Assembly: GCA_026388185.1 (NCBI GenBank)
Contig: JAPLKG010000008.1
Coordinates: 198,184 to 262,183, forward strand
From: Candidatus Eiseniibacteriota bacterium
Lineage (GTDB): Bacteria > Eisenbacteria > RBG-16-71-46 > JAFGJU01
Direction: 5' to 3'
DNA length: 64,000 bases
Positions 26,285 to 35,559 of this stretch are shown here, piece by piece. The first letter of the stretch is position 1. Each line of letters starts with the position of its first letter. A program made the translations under genes and the position numbers. The notes beneath the pieces were generated by a model. It was not told where the DNA came from. It ran no database searches and was given only the letters and a program-made list of their open reading frames with translations.

Positions 26285-29200
26285 GTGAAAGGGGTTAGTA
26301 GTCCATATGCAACAGGGGGAGGCGGCGTGCGTTTAGAGCATGAGATCGCCGCGTCCGCCTTGGCAAGCTTGCTACTGGGCCAGCCCGTCGATGGACTGGG
26401 CGATGATGTCACGCCGATGCGCGTGGCGATGCAGCAGGAGGTGTATTCACCTGTTGACGATATTCACGTGCACGGTACCTTCCCGGGCGGCGAGCGTACA
26501 CTTCAAATCGCGTGTAGGCGGCGACCCACGGTTGGTAAGAGTGATGAATCTACAGTCAAGCTGTTCACTGACTATGTGAAGGTCGTGCTCGACAAGCGGA
26601 CCGCGATTGACAGAGGTGAGATACGACTCGGCTTGGCAGTCGCCGGGCCATATGGGCCGGCGACTGAACTTGCGGTTCTTACAGATACCGCTCGGCTTCA
26701 GCCTGACCGTGCCACCTTCGAAAGCGCTGTAGCTGCACCTGGCGCATACTCCGCGGACATCCGAGCGCGGCTAACGTATGTTGACGAATTGGTGGCTGAA
26801 TCTCTGAGCAGGGTGCTGCGGCCCGCAGGGCCTACGCCTGATCCCAAGGAGTTGAGCTGGGTCCTTCTTCGCGCGCTGTTTGTTCTTCAGACGCAGCTTG
26901 AAGGAAACGTGGCGCCAGGGCGGACCAACGTTGTCGCCAGGCTGCAGGTTCTTACAGGAAATACTCCGCGCGCAGAGCAGCTACGCCTGCGATTGGTTGA
27001 GATCGCATCACAGGCAGAGATTCGAGCTGGATCGATTGACCGTCCGATGCTGAGAAGACAGCTGCACTCGTTCGGGCCGCTCGGACCATCTCCCGACTTC
27101 GGCTTAGCGAAGTCACAGATCACCCTCCTTGAATCCGAACTGAACCGAAGAACGCAGCGCTCCTTGGCGGCTTCGGCTGCGAGCGGTTCATTCATACTCG
27201 ACCGATCGAAACAGCAGGCGGAACTCGTGGACTGCATCTCAAAGGTACCACAGAGTTCCGTCGTTCTCGTGCGAGGTGAGCCGGACGTTGGGAAATCCGC
27301 GCTGGCACTTGAGGCGATAGCATTTATAAGAGAAGCTGGTGGTGCAGCAATCGCGATGAGCCTTCGAGATCTGCCGCCGAGTGCACTGAGTCTCAAGTCT
27401 GCCCTAGGCCTTGCACCTGTCGATCTATTTGCCGCAGCGCCCTCGGCCCCCGTGAGCGTGTTGCTTCTCGATGGGGCTGAAGTGATACAGGAAAGTGACG
27501 CCGGTGCAGTCGGCGTCCTACTCGACGCCGCCTCGACTACGGGAATGACCACTGTTCTGGTAGCACGCGACGACGCGGCTGGATCTGTGCTCGACTTGCT
27601 GCGATCACGAGGCCATGACATTGCGCTCGAGTTCTCAGTGGCGCCGTTGTCCGATGAGGAGATCGCGACGATCGTGGAAGCGATTCCCGAATTGGCGCGG
27701 CTCGGTTCTGATCCGCGATCGGCGTGGTTGCTGCGTCGGCTCGGTCTCATCGAGCTCTTGCTTCAAGCTACGCAACGCGGGACGAGCCTGCCGGGGACGC
27801 TTTCTTCAGAGGCCGAGGTCTTCGCCACGGTGTGGTTGAGCCTGATTCGCCAAGACGGAAGGAGTGTCGGCGGGATCGCACCGGATGACCGTGAAATCGC
27901 CGCAATTAGTGTCGCACGTCAGCTCTTAACTGGTGCACCGAGTGTGGTCACTGGCCCCGCACCGGCTTCGCTGCGCTCTGACGGCGTTCTTCTCTCACTG
28001 GACCGGTCAGCAGCCTGGCAGAAGAGCGACCGATTCGCTTCAGATGTTCTTCGCGATTTTGCAGCAGCACGACTCCTCCTGCGGGAAGGCCTGCAGGTGT
28101 TGCTCGGCTCCACTGCGCCGAGGTGGGCAATTCGGGCAACGCGCCTCTACTCGCAGGCTAGGCTATCGGATGCCGCTTCCCGCGGAGAGGGTGCAATCGC
28201 AGCTGCCTGGGCGGAATTGCGAAGCGAGTTCCGAGGACTCTCGTTGAAGCACGGTGCGCGATGGGGTGAACTTCCGTGGGAAGCGCTGCTGACGGCTGCG
28301 TGGGCCGATCGTGCCCTATCTGAACTTACGCCACAACTGCTCAGTGACCCTGATTTGCAAGCAGAGGCAATTCGCTGTGTGAAACTCCGCTTTTCGGACG
28401 CGGGTGCTTGCGACCCAGTCGTCGCTGCCCCGCTGGTATCATGGCTCACGAATAAAGCCGCCGCGCTGGACCGACCTAGGTCTTATGACAAAGATCCGGT
28501 TGTCGAACTCGTTCGATCGTGGCTACGCGGCGTCGGCCGGCGCGAAGTGCTGGGGAAAGAGATCGATAACTTCAGGCAGCTGCGGTCTCAGCTGCGAGAC
28601 GCTCTCTTGCGCCGAGCAGTGGAGCGCAGCGAGGAGGAGCGTATCGAGTGCCTGGGTCTGCTGGGGTCTGAGGCAAATGAAGCAAGCACGCAGGCCTTGC
28701 GATCGATCACCGAGCATCATCCCGAATCTCTACACCCGATTGTAGAGAGTTTGGACGCGGCCGGGCTGCTGGCGAAGCAGAACGTGGCGCTGCTCGCGGA
28801 TCTTACGGAAGCGTACTATGTCAAGAAGCCGCACCGATCTTCCCGGGACAGTTCGTGGGACGATGAAGGCATCCGCCGTCACCGGGGCGGTGACCTATAC
28901 ACTCCGCTGGCGGCGTGGTATCGCGGCCCGTTCCTTTTCCTCCTTAGAGGGGATCCAGAACGTGGCATCCGGATGATCAACCGCATGCTGGAGCGCGGTG
29001 CTCGTCGGCGCGTCGAAGTACTTCAGGAGCTCAGCGGACACCCACGCAAGAACACCCCACAGGATGAGAAAGAGAACGGCATTTCATTAGACCTTCTTGG
29101 GTACGGCGACCGTCTGTACATCGGCGACCCGCATGTTTGGTGTTGGTACCGAGGGTCGTCAGTCGGCCCTTATCCATGCATGTCCGCGCTCTTCTCCGTC

Positions 29201-31240
29201 GAGATGATGCTGGACGAGCTTGTGAAAGCAGACTTGCCAGCTCGAACACTTGCGTCCTGGGTGCTGCACGATGCAACGACCCTAGCTAGCCCAGGACTGA
29301 TCTATGGATTTCTCGTGCGTCACATTGAACAGGTCACGGACGAACTTGATGGCTTCCTTTCCGTGCCTGAAGTATGGGAGCTTGAGATCAGCCGAAGGGT
29401 TTCTGAGGGTCAGCTTCATGTCCAGGGCGCAGATTCACCAGAGCGTGTCGGCAGAGAGCGCCGCCGCTGGACACCCTTCGAGGTTGCAGCGAAGCTCGTC
29501 TTCGACGCCGCTCAGCGCGGTGACACTAAAGCGTTGGAAAGACTGCGGAGCATAGGAGAGCGCTTGCTTGAAAGGGCCGGAGGCGTGAGTGCCCCCCCGC
29601 ACGTCCGCCAATGGGTGGCCTATCTTGACAGGAACAGTTATTCGGTGGAGCAGCAAGGTGATGATATAGTGCTGAAGGTGAAATTTCCCGAGGATGTCGT
29701 CCAGGCGATGGCACCCGCGCGGACGCAGTCTGCAAGAGTGTCAGAAATGTTCAGGTTGCTGAACCGCTACCGACCGCGCCACGATACTCCCTACCGGTAT
29801 GCTCCAGCAAACCCACCGGACGAACTCGAGCTTGCCAAAGACATCGCGACGGCCAAGGAGCTACAGGCAGAGTTGGTGGATCAGCCACTTGACACATTAC
29901 GTGCCGCGCTCGCAGGCGTGGCTGCGACGGTGATTCAGGCCGCGTCGGGTAGCCTTGTTGTACCTCCCGAGAGCTTCCGCTGGGCCGTTCCGCTTCTTGT
30001 GGAGTGTGCGACACGGCCTCACATGGACGATCTTGCGACAGAAGGGACGATATTCCCTGATGGGGCCGATCGCAAAGCAGCACTGGTCCTCCCGAGGGCG
30101 CTGGAGGCCGTCGATCAACTCGACGCTGCAGCGACTGGGCAGGTGGGAAGCGCCATCACTGCATGTGCGACGAGTTTCTTCTTGGAGGTTCGGCAGAACG
30201 CTGCTGAAGGGCTGCGTCACATACTCCAAAGCCCGTGCAAACTGATCAGCGGCGGGCGTTGCTGGCACGAGCTAGCCTGGGCAGCCATCGAGGCGGCCGC
30301 CCGGAGTGTCATTCTGGGTCCTCAGTCCGCGAATGGCCGGCGTCAGTTAGGAGCGATAACGGGTGACGTTATCACAGGGCTTGAAACAAGTTCGGAGCGT
30401 GACCTGATGCTCACGCACATCGCACCGGCTGTAATCTGCACGATCGACGCGGCTCGGGTGAGCTCCTGCATTAGCACACGAGCAGCACACTTACGAGATG
30501 CATTGCTAAACGCTTACGCGCGGTCGGCATGTCATTGGGCGAAGAACAACTACGACTGGCGTAACGAGCAACATGCCGCATTCGCAGCAGCAGTTCTGCG
30601 CTGGGCGTCAGGGGGAAATCATTCCGTGATTGTTGAGATCGCAAAGCGTCTGCGGTCCTCGCCTTTGGCGTTGGGCAATTTCCTTCACGCACTTACGATT
30701 GTTGCAACCTATCAGGCCTCAGCCGTGCAGCCGCTGGCGGAGACATGGTCCCAACTGATGGACTTGGGATTGGCAGTGCTTCGTGACCGAACGCTCGCTA
30801 GCGATCGGCACGACGTCGACGAATTACTGCAAGACCTTGTTCCTGATCCTAAGCCTTCAGCCTACGTCCAAAACATAGATGAGGTTTTGAAACAGGCCAA
30901 GGCACACTGGCTCTCGATCGAGGTTGTAGCCGCACACATCGATGAGTGGCTCCGGCACGCTTTCGGTCGCCATTGGTGCATAGACCCACTCCTGGCCTTC
31001 TTGCAGGCACAGCCGGTTCAACAACAAGCGAACCCCGGGCTGAAGTGGATCCGACGACTCGTGATTGGGGAGGGCGGAATTGCTCAGACGAGCGGATTTT
31101 TCTTGGTGGGTTGGCTCGGGGAGCTGCGTGACTCACATGTTCTCGGCACCGACACCTGGCCAGAGTACCGGGCAATCGTTGACGGTCTGGTTCTGGGCAA
31201 TTTCGCGGGAGCGCGCGATCTGCAGCGCGGCGACGAGTGA
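26285..31240 (+). CDS. Large STAND-like P-loop NTPase (~1650 aa) with N-terminal PD-(D/E)xK-like domain; candidate anti-phage sensor
   Basis: SSPYATGGGGV.LEH..VDDI..LQIACRR N-terminus, Walker A GEPDVGKS, Walker B LLLDGAE, long helical C-terminus; start re-set to GTG 26285 after AGGAG. Confidence 0.75.
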   Translation: MKGVSSPYATGGGGVRLEHEIAASALASLLLGQPVDGLGDDVTPMRVAMQQEVYSPVDDIHVHGTFPGGERTLQIACRRRPTVGKSDESTVKLFTDYVKVVLDKRTAIDRGEIRLGLAVAGPYGPATELAVLTDTARLQPDRATFESAVAAPGAYSADIRARLTYVDELVAESLSRVLRPAGPTPDPKELSWVLLRALFVLQTQLEGNVAPGRTNVVARLQVLTGNTPRAEQLRLRLVEIASQAEIRAGSIDRPMLRRQLHSFGPLGPSPDFGLAKSQITLLESELNRRTQRSLAASAASGSFILDRSKQQAELVDCISKVPQSSVVLVRGEPDVGKSALALEAIAFIREAGGAAIAMSLRDLPPSALSLKSALGLAPVDLFAAAPSAPVSVLLLDGAEVIQESDAGAVGVLLDAASTTGMTTVLVARDDAAGSVLDLLRSRGHDIALEFSVAPLSDEEIATIVEAIPELARLGSDPRSAWLLRRLGLIELLLQATQRGTSLPGTLSSEAEVFATVWLSLIRQDGRSVGGIAPDDREIAAISVARQLLTGAPSVVTGPAPASLRSDGVLLSLDRSAAWQKSDRFASDVLRDFAAARLLLREGLQVLLGSTAPRWAIRATRLYSQARLSDAASRGEGAIAAAWAELRSEFRGLSLKHGARWGELPWEALLTAAWADRALSELTPQLLSDPDLQAEAIRCVKLRFSDAGACDPVVAAPLVSWLTNKAAALDRPRSYDKDPVVELVRSWLRGVGRREVLGKEIDNFRQLRSQLRDALLRRAVERSEEERIECLGLLGSEANEASTQALRSITEHHPESLHPIVESLDAAGLLAKQNVALLADLTEAYYVKKPHRSSRDSSWDDEGIRRHRGGDLYTPLAAWYRGPFLFLLRGDPERGIRMINRMLERGARRRVEVLQELSGHPRKNTPQDEKENGISLDLLGYGDRLYIGDPHVWCWYRGSSVGPYPCMSALFSVEMMLDELVKADLPARTLASWVLHDATTLASPGLIYGFLVRHIEQVTDELDGFLSVPEVWELEISRRVSEGQLHVQGADSPERVGRERRRWTPFEVAAKLVFDAAQRGDTKALERLRSIGERLLERAGGVSAPPHVRQWVAYLDRNSYSVEQQGDDIVLKVKFPEDVVQAMAPARTQSARVSEMFRLLNRYRPRHDTPYRYAPANPPDELELAKDIATAKELQAELVDQPLDTLRAALAGVAATVIQAASGSLVVPPESFRWAVPLLVECATRPHMDDLATEGTIFPDGADRKAALVLPRALEAVDQLDAAATGQVGSAITACATSFFLEVRQNAAEGLRHILQSPCKLISGGRCWHELAWAAIEAAARSVILGPQSANGRRQLGAITGDVITGLETSSERDLMLTHIAPAVICTIDAARVSSCISTRAAHLRDALLNAYARSACHWAKNNYDWRNEQHAAFAAAVLRWASGGNHSVIVEIAKRLRSSPLALGNFLHALTIVATYQASAVQPLAETWSQLMDLGLAVLRDRTLASDRHDVDELLQDLVPDPKPSAYVQNIDEVLKQAKAHWLSIEVVAAHIDEWLRHAFGRHWCIDPLLAFLQAQPVQQQANPGLKWIRRLVIGEGGIAQTSGFFLVGWLGELRDSHVLGTDTWPEYRAIVDGLVLGNFAGARDLQRGDE

Positions 31241-31591
31241 GTCCTGGGTACACGATGCGGCGTCGAGCCATGACGCGACCAACACGGATGAGGTCTCCGC
31301 GAAGACGTGCGCGCGTACATATGTGTGTTTATGAGTAGGATTTTCCGCAAGTGCAACTGCCCACCGGACAAGCAGGAGAGGGCGACGCTGACTGTCGCTT
31401 GACCAGGCGGAGGTACTGTCGGAACTATGGGCTGGCTGAGGGTTGGTGTCGTGAACTAATCGAGGGGGGTAGGGGCCGATGCTCTGATCTTCAACCCAAT
31501 GAGGGAGCAGGAATCGCAAGAGAGGCACAGAGACGCCGCAGGAGCAGGTGGGTGAGCTTCAACACATATCCTTATCCTTAGCCCTTTTTCT

Positions 31592-31701
31592 CCCCACATG
31601 TGCCCCGAGAGCTAGCGATGCTGTCAGAATCTTGCCCACGCGAGCCTCGAGCCACGTCAGTTCTTCCGGTCGCAGTTCTGTACAAGCCGTGCCCTCGGCA
31701 A
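31592..31701 (+). repeat. Right-end motif plus attR-like core, copy 2
   Basis: 89/108 identity to 20655-20762; GCCCTCGGCAA identical to the tRNA-Leu 3' end. Confidence 0.85.
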
Positions 31702-31710
31702 GAAGAAACC

Positions 31711-33363
31711 TCATGCGGTCGAGCCGGCCGGAACGGCAGTCTCTTCTTTCCCGGTCTCTTCCGCTCTTGTCTCCTCCGTCCCATCGATGTTTCTCGGCAG
31801 ACACACCTTGAACGTGGCTCCTTTGCCTTTTTCGCTCTCGACCGTAATCTTCCCTTTGTGCAGGTCCACGAATCCCTGCACGAGGTACAGACCGAGGCCC
31901 AGACCGTGATAGCGACCTTGCGCCGGCTTGGAACCCTGGGTGAAGAGACCGAAGATCCTGCTCATCTCGTCGCTGTCCAGTCCTATTCCGTTATCCTTCA
32001 CGCACAATTCTATCCACTCGCTGGTCGCGCGAGTGCCCACCACGACCTCGCCTCCCTCTTCAGTGAACTTTATCGCATTTCCTACCAGGTTGAGCACGAT
32101 CTGCCTCAGCTTCGTTCCGTCTGCGCGAATGGGATCCAGTTCCGGGGCCAGGTCCAGCTTGACCTCGATTCCCTTGCACTTTCCGGTAGGCTCTAGCGCA
32201 ATGACCGCGGAGCGAGCGATTTCGTTGACGTCCGTTTCTTCCAACTCAAGTTGCAGCGTGCCCTTCTCGAGCTTGGAAAGGTCCATGAGCTGTTCCGTGA
32301 GATCCAGCAACTTGGATCCTTGTTCATGCATTATCGAGACGAATTTCTTCCTGTCGGTTTCCGAAAGCTTGCTGTCCTGCTCGTCAAGAAGCTCGGCGAG
32401 CGAGACGATGCACGTGAGAGGCGTTCTCAATTCGTGGCTCAGCGTGGCGACAAAGACCTCCTTCATCTGGTTCAACGTGGCAAGCTCTTTGTTGGATTCT
32501 TCGAAGAACAGTTTTCTCGCGTCCACCTTCTCGTACACGAGAGCCTTTCGGATGACGCCCGCGATGTTCTCACCGAAAGCACAGAGCAGGCGCAACTGCG
32601 ATCGCTTGAAGCGTTCGTTCGAACCGACGCGGGTGACGTTGAGCACGCCGACGGTCGTCTTTCTTAGCTTTATCGGCACGCTCATCGCGGAACATATATC
32701 GTTGTCTGCTTTTGTGTAGGGCAGGAACCTCCCGAGCTCGTGTCCGTGCAGCAAGAGAGGCTTTCCGTTGGCCGCCACCCAACCTGCGATTCCCTCTCCC
32801 ACGGCGACTCTGTGGTTCTGCATTCTCTCGCTGTCGAGGCCCCAGGCAGCCTTGCACTCGAGCATACCCGTGGACGGGTTCACTATCATGAGCGAGGCCC
32901 TGTCGGCGCCCAGGCAATTCGGGAGCCTGCGCACGACTATCTTGATGATGCCGTCGAGCTTCAATCTCATGTTTATGGCGGTGCCGACCTCGAAGAGCGC
33001 CGAAAGCTCGGACAACTGAGCCTGCAGGGTCGCGGCGTTGACCTTCTCGTTGAAAAGCCTGGTCCTCAATTGTGCCAGGTTCGTCTGGCCCTGAAGCATG
33101 TACAGGCAGAAGAGAACGACAAGGCCCGCCAGGCCCAGAATCACCGTGCTGCCGCCCTGAAGAACCGGAACCGTCGAGTCGGTCAAATCCTCAGTAGCCG
33201 ACAAGTAGAGGAGTCCAGTGGCCGTGGCAAACGCACTCAGAAGAAGAAACACAACGATCCAGTGTCGAATGTTGGATTTCTCGACCGGACCGAATGGTTT
33301 CCTGCTGCCTCTCTCCTTTGATTCCATCACTAAAGAAGATCCTCCATGGGAAGGGGATTCCAT
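31711..33363 (-). CDS. GAF-domain sensor histidine kinase
   Basis: Two TM helices, GAF (GEGIAGWVA..GKPL), SHELRTPL, NLVGNAIKFT, DNGIG, GLGLGL. Confidence 0.93.
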   Translation of the reverse strand: MESPSHGGSSLVMESKERGSRKPFGPVEKSNIRHWIVVFLLLSAFATATGLLYLSATEDLTDSTVPVLQGGSTVILGLAGLVVLFCLYMLQGQTNLAQLRTRLFNEKVNAATLQAQLSELSALFEVGTAINMRLKLDGIIKIVVRRLPNCLGADRASLMIVNPSTGMLECKAAWGLDSERMQNHRVAVGEGIAGWVAANGKPLLLHGHELGRFLPYTKADNDICSAMSVPIKLRKTTVGVLNVTRVGSNERFKRSQLRLLCAFGENIAGVIRKALVYEKVDARKLFFEESNKELATLNQMKEVFVATLSHELRTPLTCIVSLAELLDEQDSKLSETDRKKFVSIMHEQGSKLLDLTEQLMDLSKLEKGTLQLELEETDVNEIARSAVIALEPTGKCKGIEVKLDLAPELDPIRADGTKLRQIVLNLVGNAIKFTEEGGEVVVGTRATSEWIELCVKDNGIGLDSDEMSRIFGLFTQGSKPAQGRYHGLGLGLYLVQGFVDLHKGKITVESEKGKGATFKVCLPRNIDGTEETRAEETGKEETAVPAGSTA

Positions 33364-33599
33364 TTCTTGTCCGCACGGCGTACACGAACAATCACCAGCG
33401 ACAAGCGGATCACGCTGTCGCCCCGGACGGGCTTTCTACGTATGCTATCGTCAGGCTCTCGGTGATACTTTAGACAATACTGGTCACAGGATGGAGGCCT
33501 GCGGTTGTCTCCTTGCGGCAAGCGAAATGCGCAGTCACACTATACGAGCCTCCCCGTAACCGTGTGCGGCGGGGCCGGGCCCTAACGGCCGGGAGTGTG

Positions 33600-33628
33600 T
33601 TGACTCGGCCGTCCTCAAGCCTTAGACT
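33600..33628 (+). promoter_or_regulatory. sigma70 promoter
   Basis: TTGACT-17 nt-TAGACT. Confidence 0.55.
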
Positions 33629-33748
33629 CGCCGTGTCCGAACGTGAAGTCACAGTACCCCCGTGTGCGAGCGTAAGCTGTGCAGGCCGTGGACCCAGACC
33701 GATCGCGCCGGGGATCGTTGCGTGCGAGGACCACTCCGTGAGGCGCTT

Positions 33749-35299
33749 GTGAGAGACAGATACTTCATTCTACTCATTGTTCTTCTTATCGCCCTGGTTG
33801 AACTCCCCTTCGTGGAGTACATAACCGACGACACTTTCATCCACCTTCAATTCGCCAAGAATCTGGTCGCCGGAAGGGGGTTCTCCTTCAATCCTGGAGA
33901 GCCGACCTACGGGTTCACGAGTCCGCTCTGGATACTCCTTATTTCTGCCGGCGGCCTTGCAGGTGCGGAACTCCTTGCGATTGCGAAATTGCTTGGCCTC
34001 GCTGCACTGATCCTCTCAGGAGTCTTTTTCTACCTTCTCTTTCTTCGCGTATCGTCCGATCGCCATCTATCTCGGGCGGCTACCCTGGTCTGGATTCTGA
34101 ACGGCTGGTCAGTCAGATGGGCTCTTTCCGGAATGGAGACCAGTCTCATGACGGCGTGGGTGATCTTGTCGCTCTACTATTTCCATAGAGACACAGAGTC
34201 CGGAGTGCCTCGCCACTCCGTGTGGATTCTTGCTCTCGCGAGTATCGTGAGGCCGGAGGCCATCGCACTTCTCTTGATCTGTGTAGTGGCTTCCTTGCTC
34301 CCGAGTGTGTGGAGCAGGGTGCCGGGCGGGCGGGCCGGTGGACGAAAAGTGGGCTTCTCGATTCTTCTCTCCGGTGGTGCTGTCTCTCTCGCCTGGTTCG
34401 CTTTCGCGCTGATGCAGTTCGGCCGAATGTCGCCGAGCACCGTTGCGGTCAAGGCGGGGAGATTCATATCGCCGGAAGGTCTCTGGAAGAGCGTGATCGT
34501 GGTCGGCAAGATCGTGGGCTCCACGAACGGATTAGAAATGGCACTGATGGCGATGGTGCTGATGACGGCGTTGGTCAAGAAAAGCCTCCCCGGTCGTCTA
34601 AGCAGTTTTCATGTGGCTGCGGTCGGATGGCTCGTGGCTCTACCTGCTCTCTACGTAGTGCGCGACGTTCAGGTCGTGTCGCGCTACCTCGTTCCCGTCC
34701 TTCCGGTGGCTGTTCTCTACGGTTTTCTATCTCTTCGCCGGATATGTGAGGCGGCAAAGCTGACCCCGCGCTCTTTCCGCTTGAGCGTATCAGCGGTTTC
34801 CGCCGTTTGCATCGCGCTGAACGTTTTGGTGCTGACGCTGGTGGCCTATCCGCACACCCACAGTTTCAGCAGAGACATGAGAGGTTCGCTCGTGTACCTC
34901 GGCGAGTGGTTCTCGGCGAATACTCCCGCGGCCACTTCGGTGGCAATCCCGGACGTAGGCGCGTTTGCTTACTACTCTGACAGAAAGGTCGTGGACCTGG
35001 GAGGACTCGCGACTCCGGCGATGATCCCGATCCTTCGTGAGCACGACCTTGATGAAATTCTCACGCATTTTCTCTTCGCGCAGGTGGCGCGTCCCGACTA
35101 CGTCGTTGACAGAGCCAGGTCGCCCAGGAGACTTCTTCGCGTGGAAGGACTGCGAGACGCCGTCACGCCGGTCGTTACGACCAGCGTGAGTAATCTGGGC
35201 ATCACGAGGCCGGGAACGTTCTACTACACCGCCTACAGAATTGAGTGGGATAAGATCGCGCCCGGAATTACGGCCGGAGAAGGGACAGCCAGCAAGTGA
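33749..35299 (+). CDS. GT-C fold polytopic membrane glycosyltransferase (PMT/ArnT-like)
   Basis: DDTFIH..FAKNL..G.G..FNPGE...GFTSPLW, SGMET, RPEA, many TM helices; start re-set to GTG 33749. Confidence 0.8.
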   Translation: MRDRYFILLIVLLIALVELPFVEYITDDTFIHLQFAKNLVAGRGFSFNPGEPTYGFTSPLWILLISAGGLAGAELLAIAKLLGLAALILSGVFFYLLFLRVSSDRHLSRAATLVWILNGWSVRWALSGMETSLMTAWVILSLYYFHRDTESGVPRHSVWILALASIVRPEAIALLLICVVASLLPSVWSRVPGGRAGGRKVGFSILLSGGAVSLAWFAFALMQFGRMSPSTVAVKAGRFISPEGLWKSVIVVGKIVGSTNGLEMALMAMVLMTALVKKSLPGRLSSFHVAAVGWLVALPALYVVRDVQVVSRYLVPVLPVAVLYGFLSLRRICEAAKLTPRSFRLSVSAVSAVCIALNVLVLTLVAYPHTHSFSRDMRGSLVYLGEWFSANTPAATSVAIPDVGAFAYYSDRKVVDLGGLATPAMIPILREHDLDEILTHFLFAQVARPDYVVDRARSPRRLLRVEGLRDAVTPVVTTSVSNLGITRPGTFYYTAYRIEWDKIAPGITAGEGTASK

Positions 35300-35389
35300 G
35301 CAAGCATGAAGGAGTGGGCGATAACCCAATCACAGCCGAGACAAGTGGTTAGACGGCACTCGCAATCCCGACAAGTCCTCATAATTGTG

Positions 35390-35418
35390 TTGACATGGCC
35401 TCATTCTTCTGGTATCAT
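35390..35418 (+). promoter_or_regulatory. sigma70 promoter of the C25 peptidase gene
   Basis: TTGACA-17 nt-TATCAT with TG extension. Confidence 0.75.
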
Positions 35419-35476
35419 TGTCTCGATGGTAATTCGTTCCTTGGTGTGGTGTTGAGTGGTGTCCGCAGCGCTGCTG

Positions 35477-35518
35477 AAACTCCCCTTTTCAGTCCAGAAG
35501 GTGGGGTTTTTGTGTTTT
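35477..35518 (+). terminator. Terminator-like hairpin inside the 5' leader (possible attenuator)
   Basis: AAACTCCCCTT/AAGGTGGGGTTT stem followed by TTGTGTTTT, between promoter and start codon. Confidence 0.5.
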
Positions 35519-35559
35519 GAGGGCCACTTCCTGAGGCGACTTTCCGCGGAAGGTGAACG

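Larger units (their letters stand above)
19325..31701. mobile_element. tRNA-Leu-anchored genomic island, apparently two tandem elements (19325-20762 and 20763-31701), no integrase gene
   Basis: tRNA 3' core GCCCTCGGCAA (19315-19325) recurs at 20754-20762 (9 nt) and 31691-31701 (11 nt); shared end motifs; hypothetical/defence-type cargo; core-like gene resumes at 31711. Confidence 0.75.
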
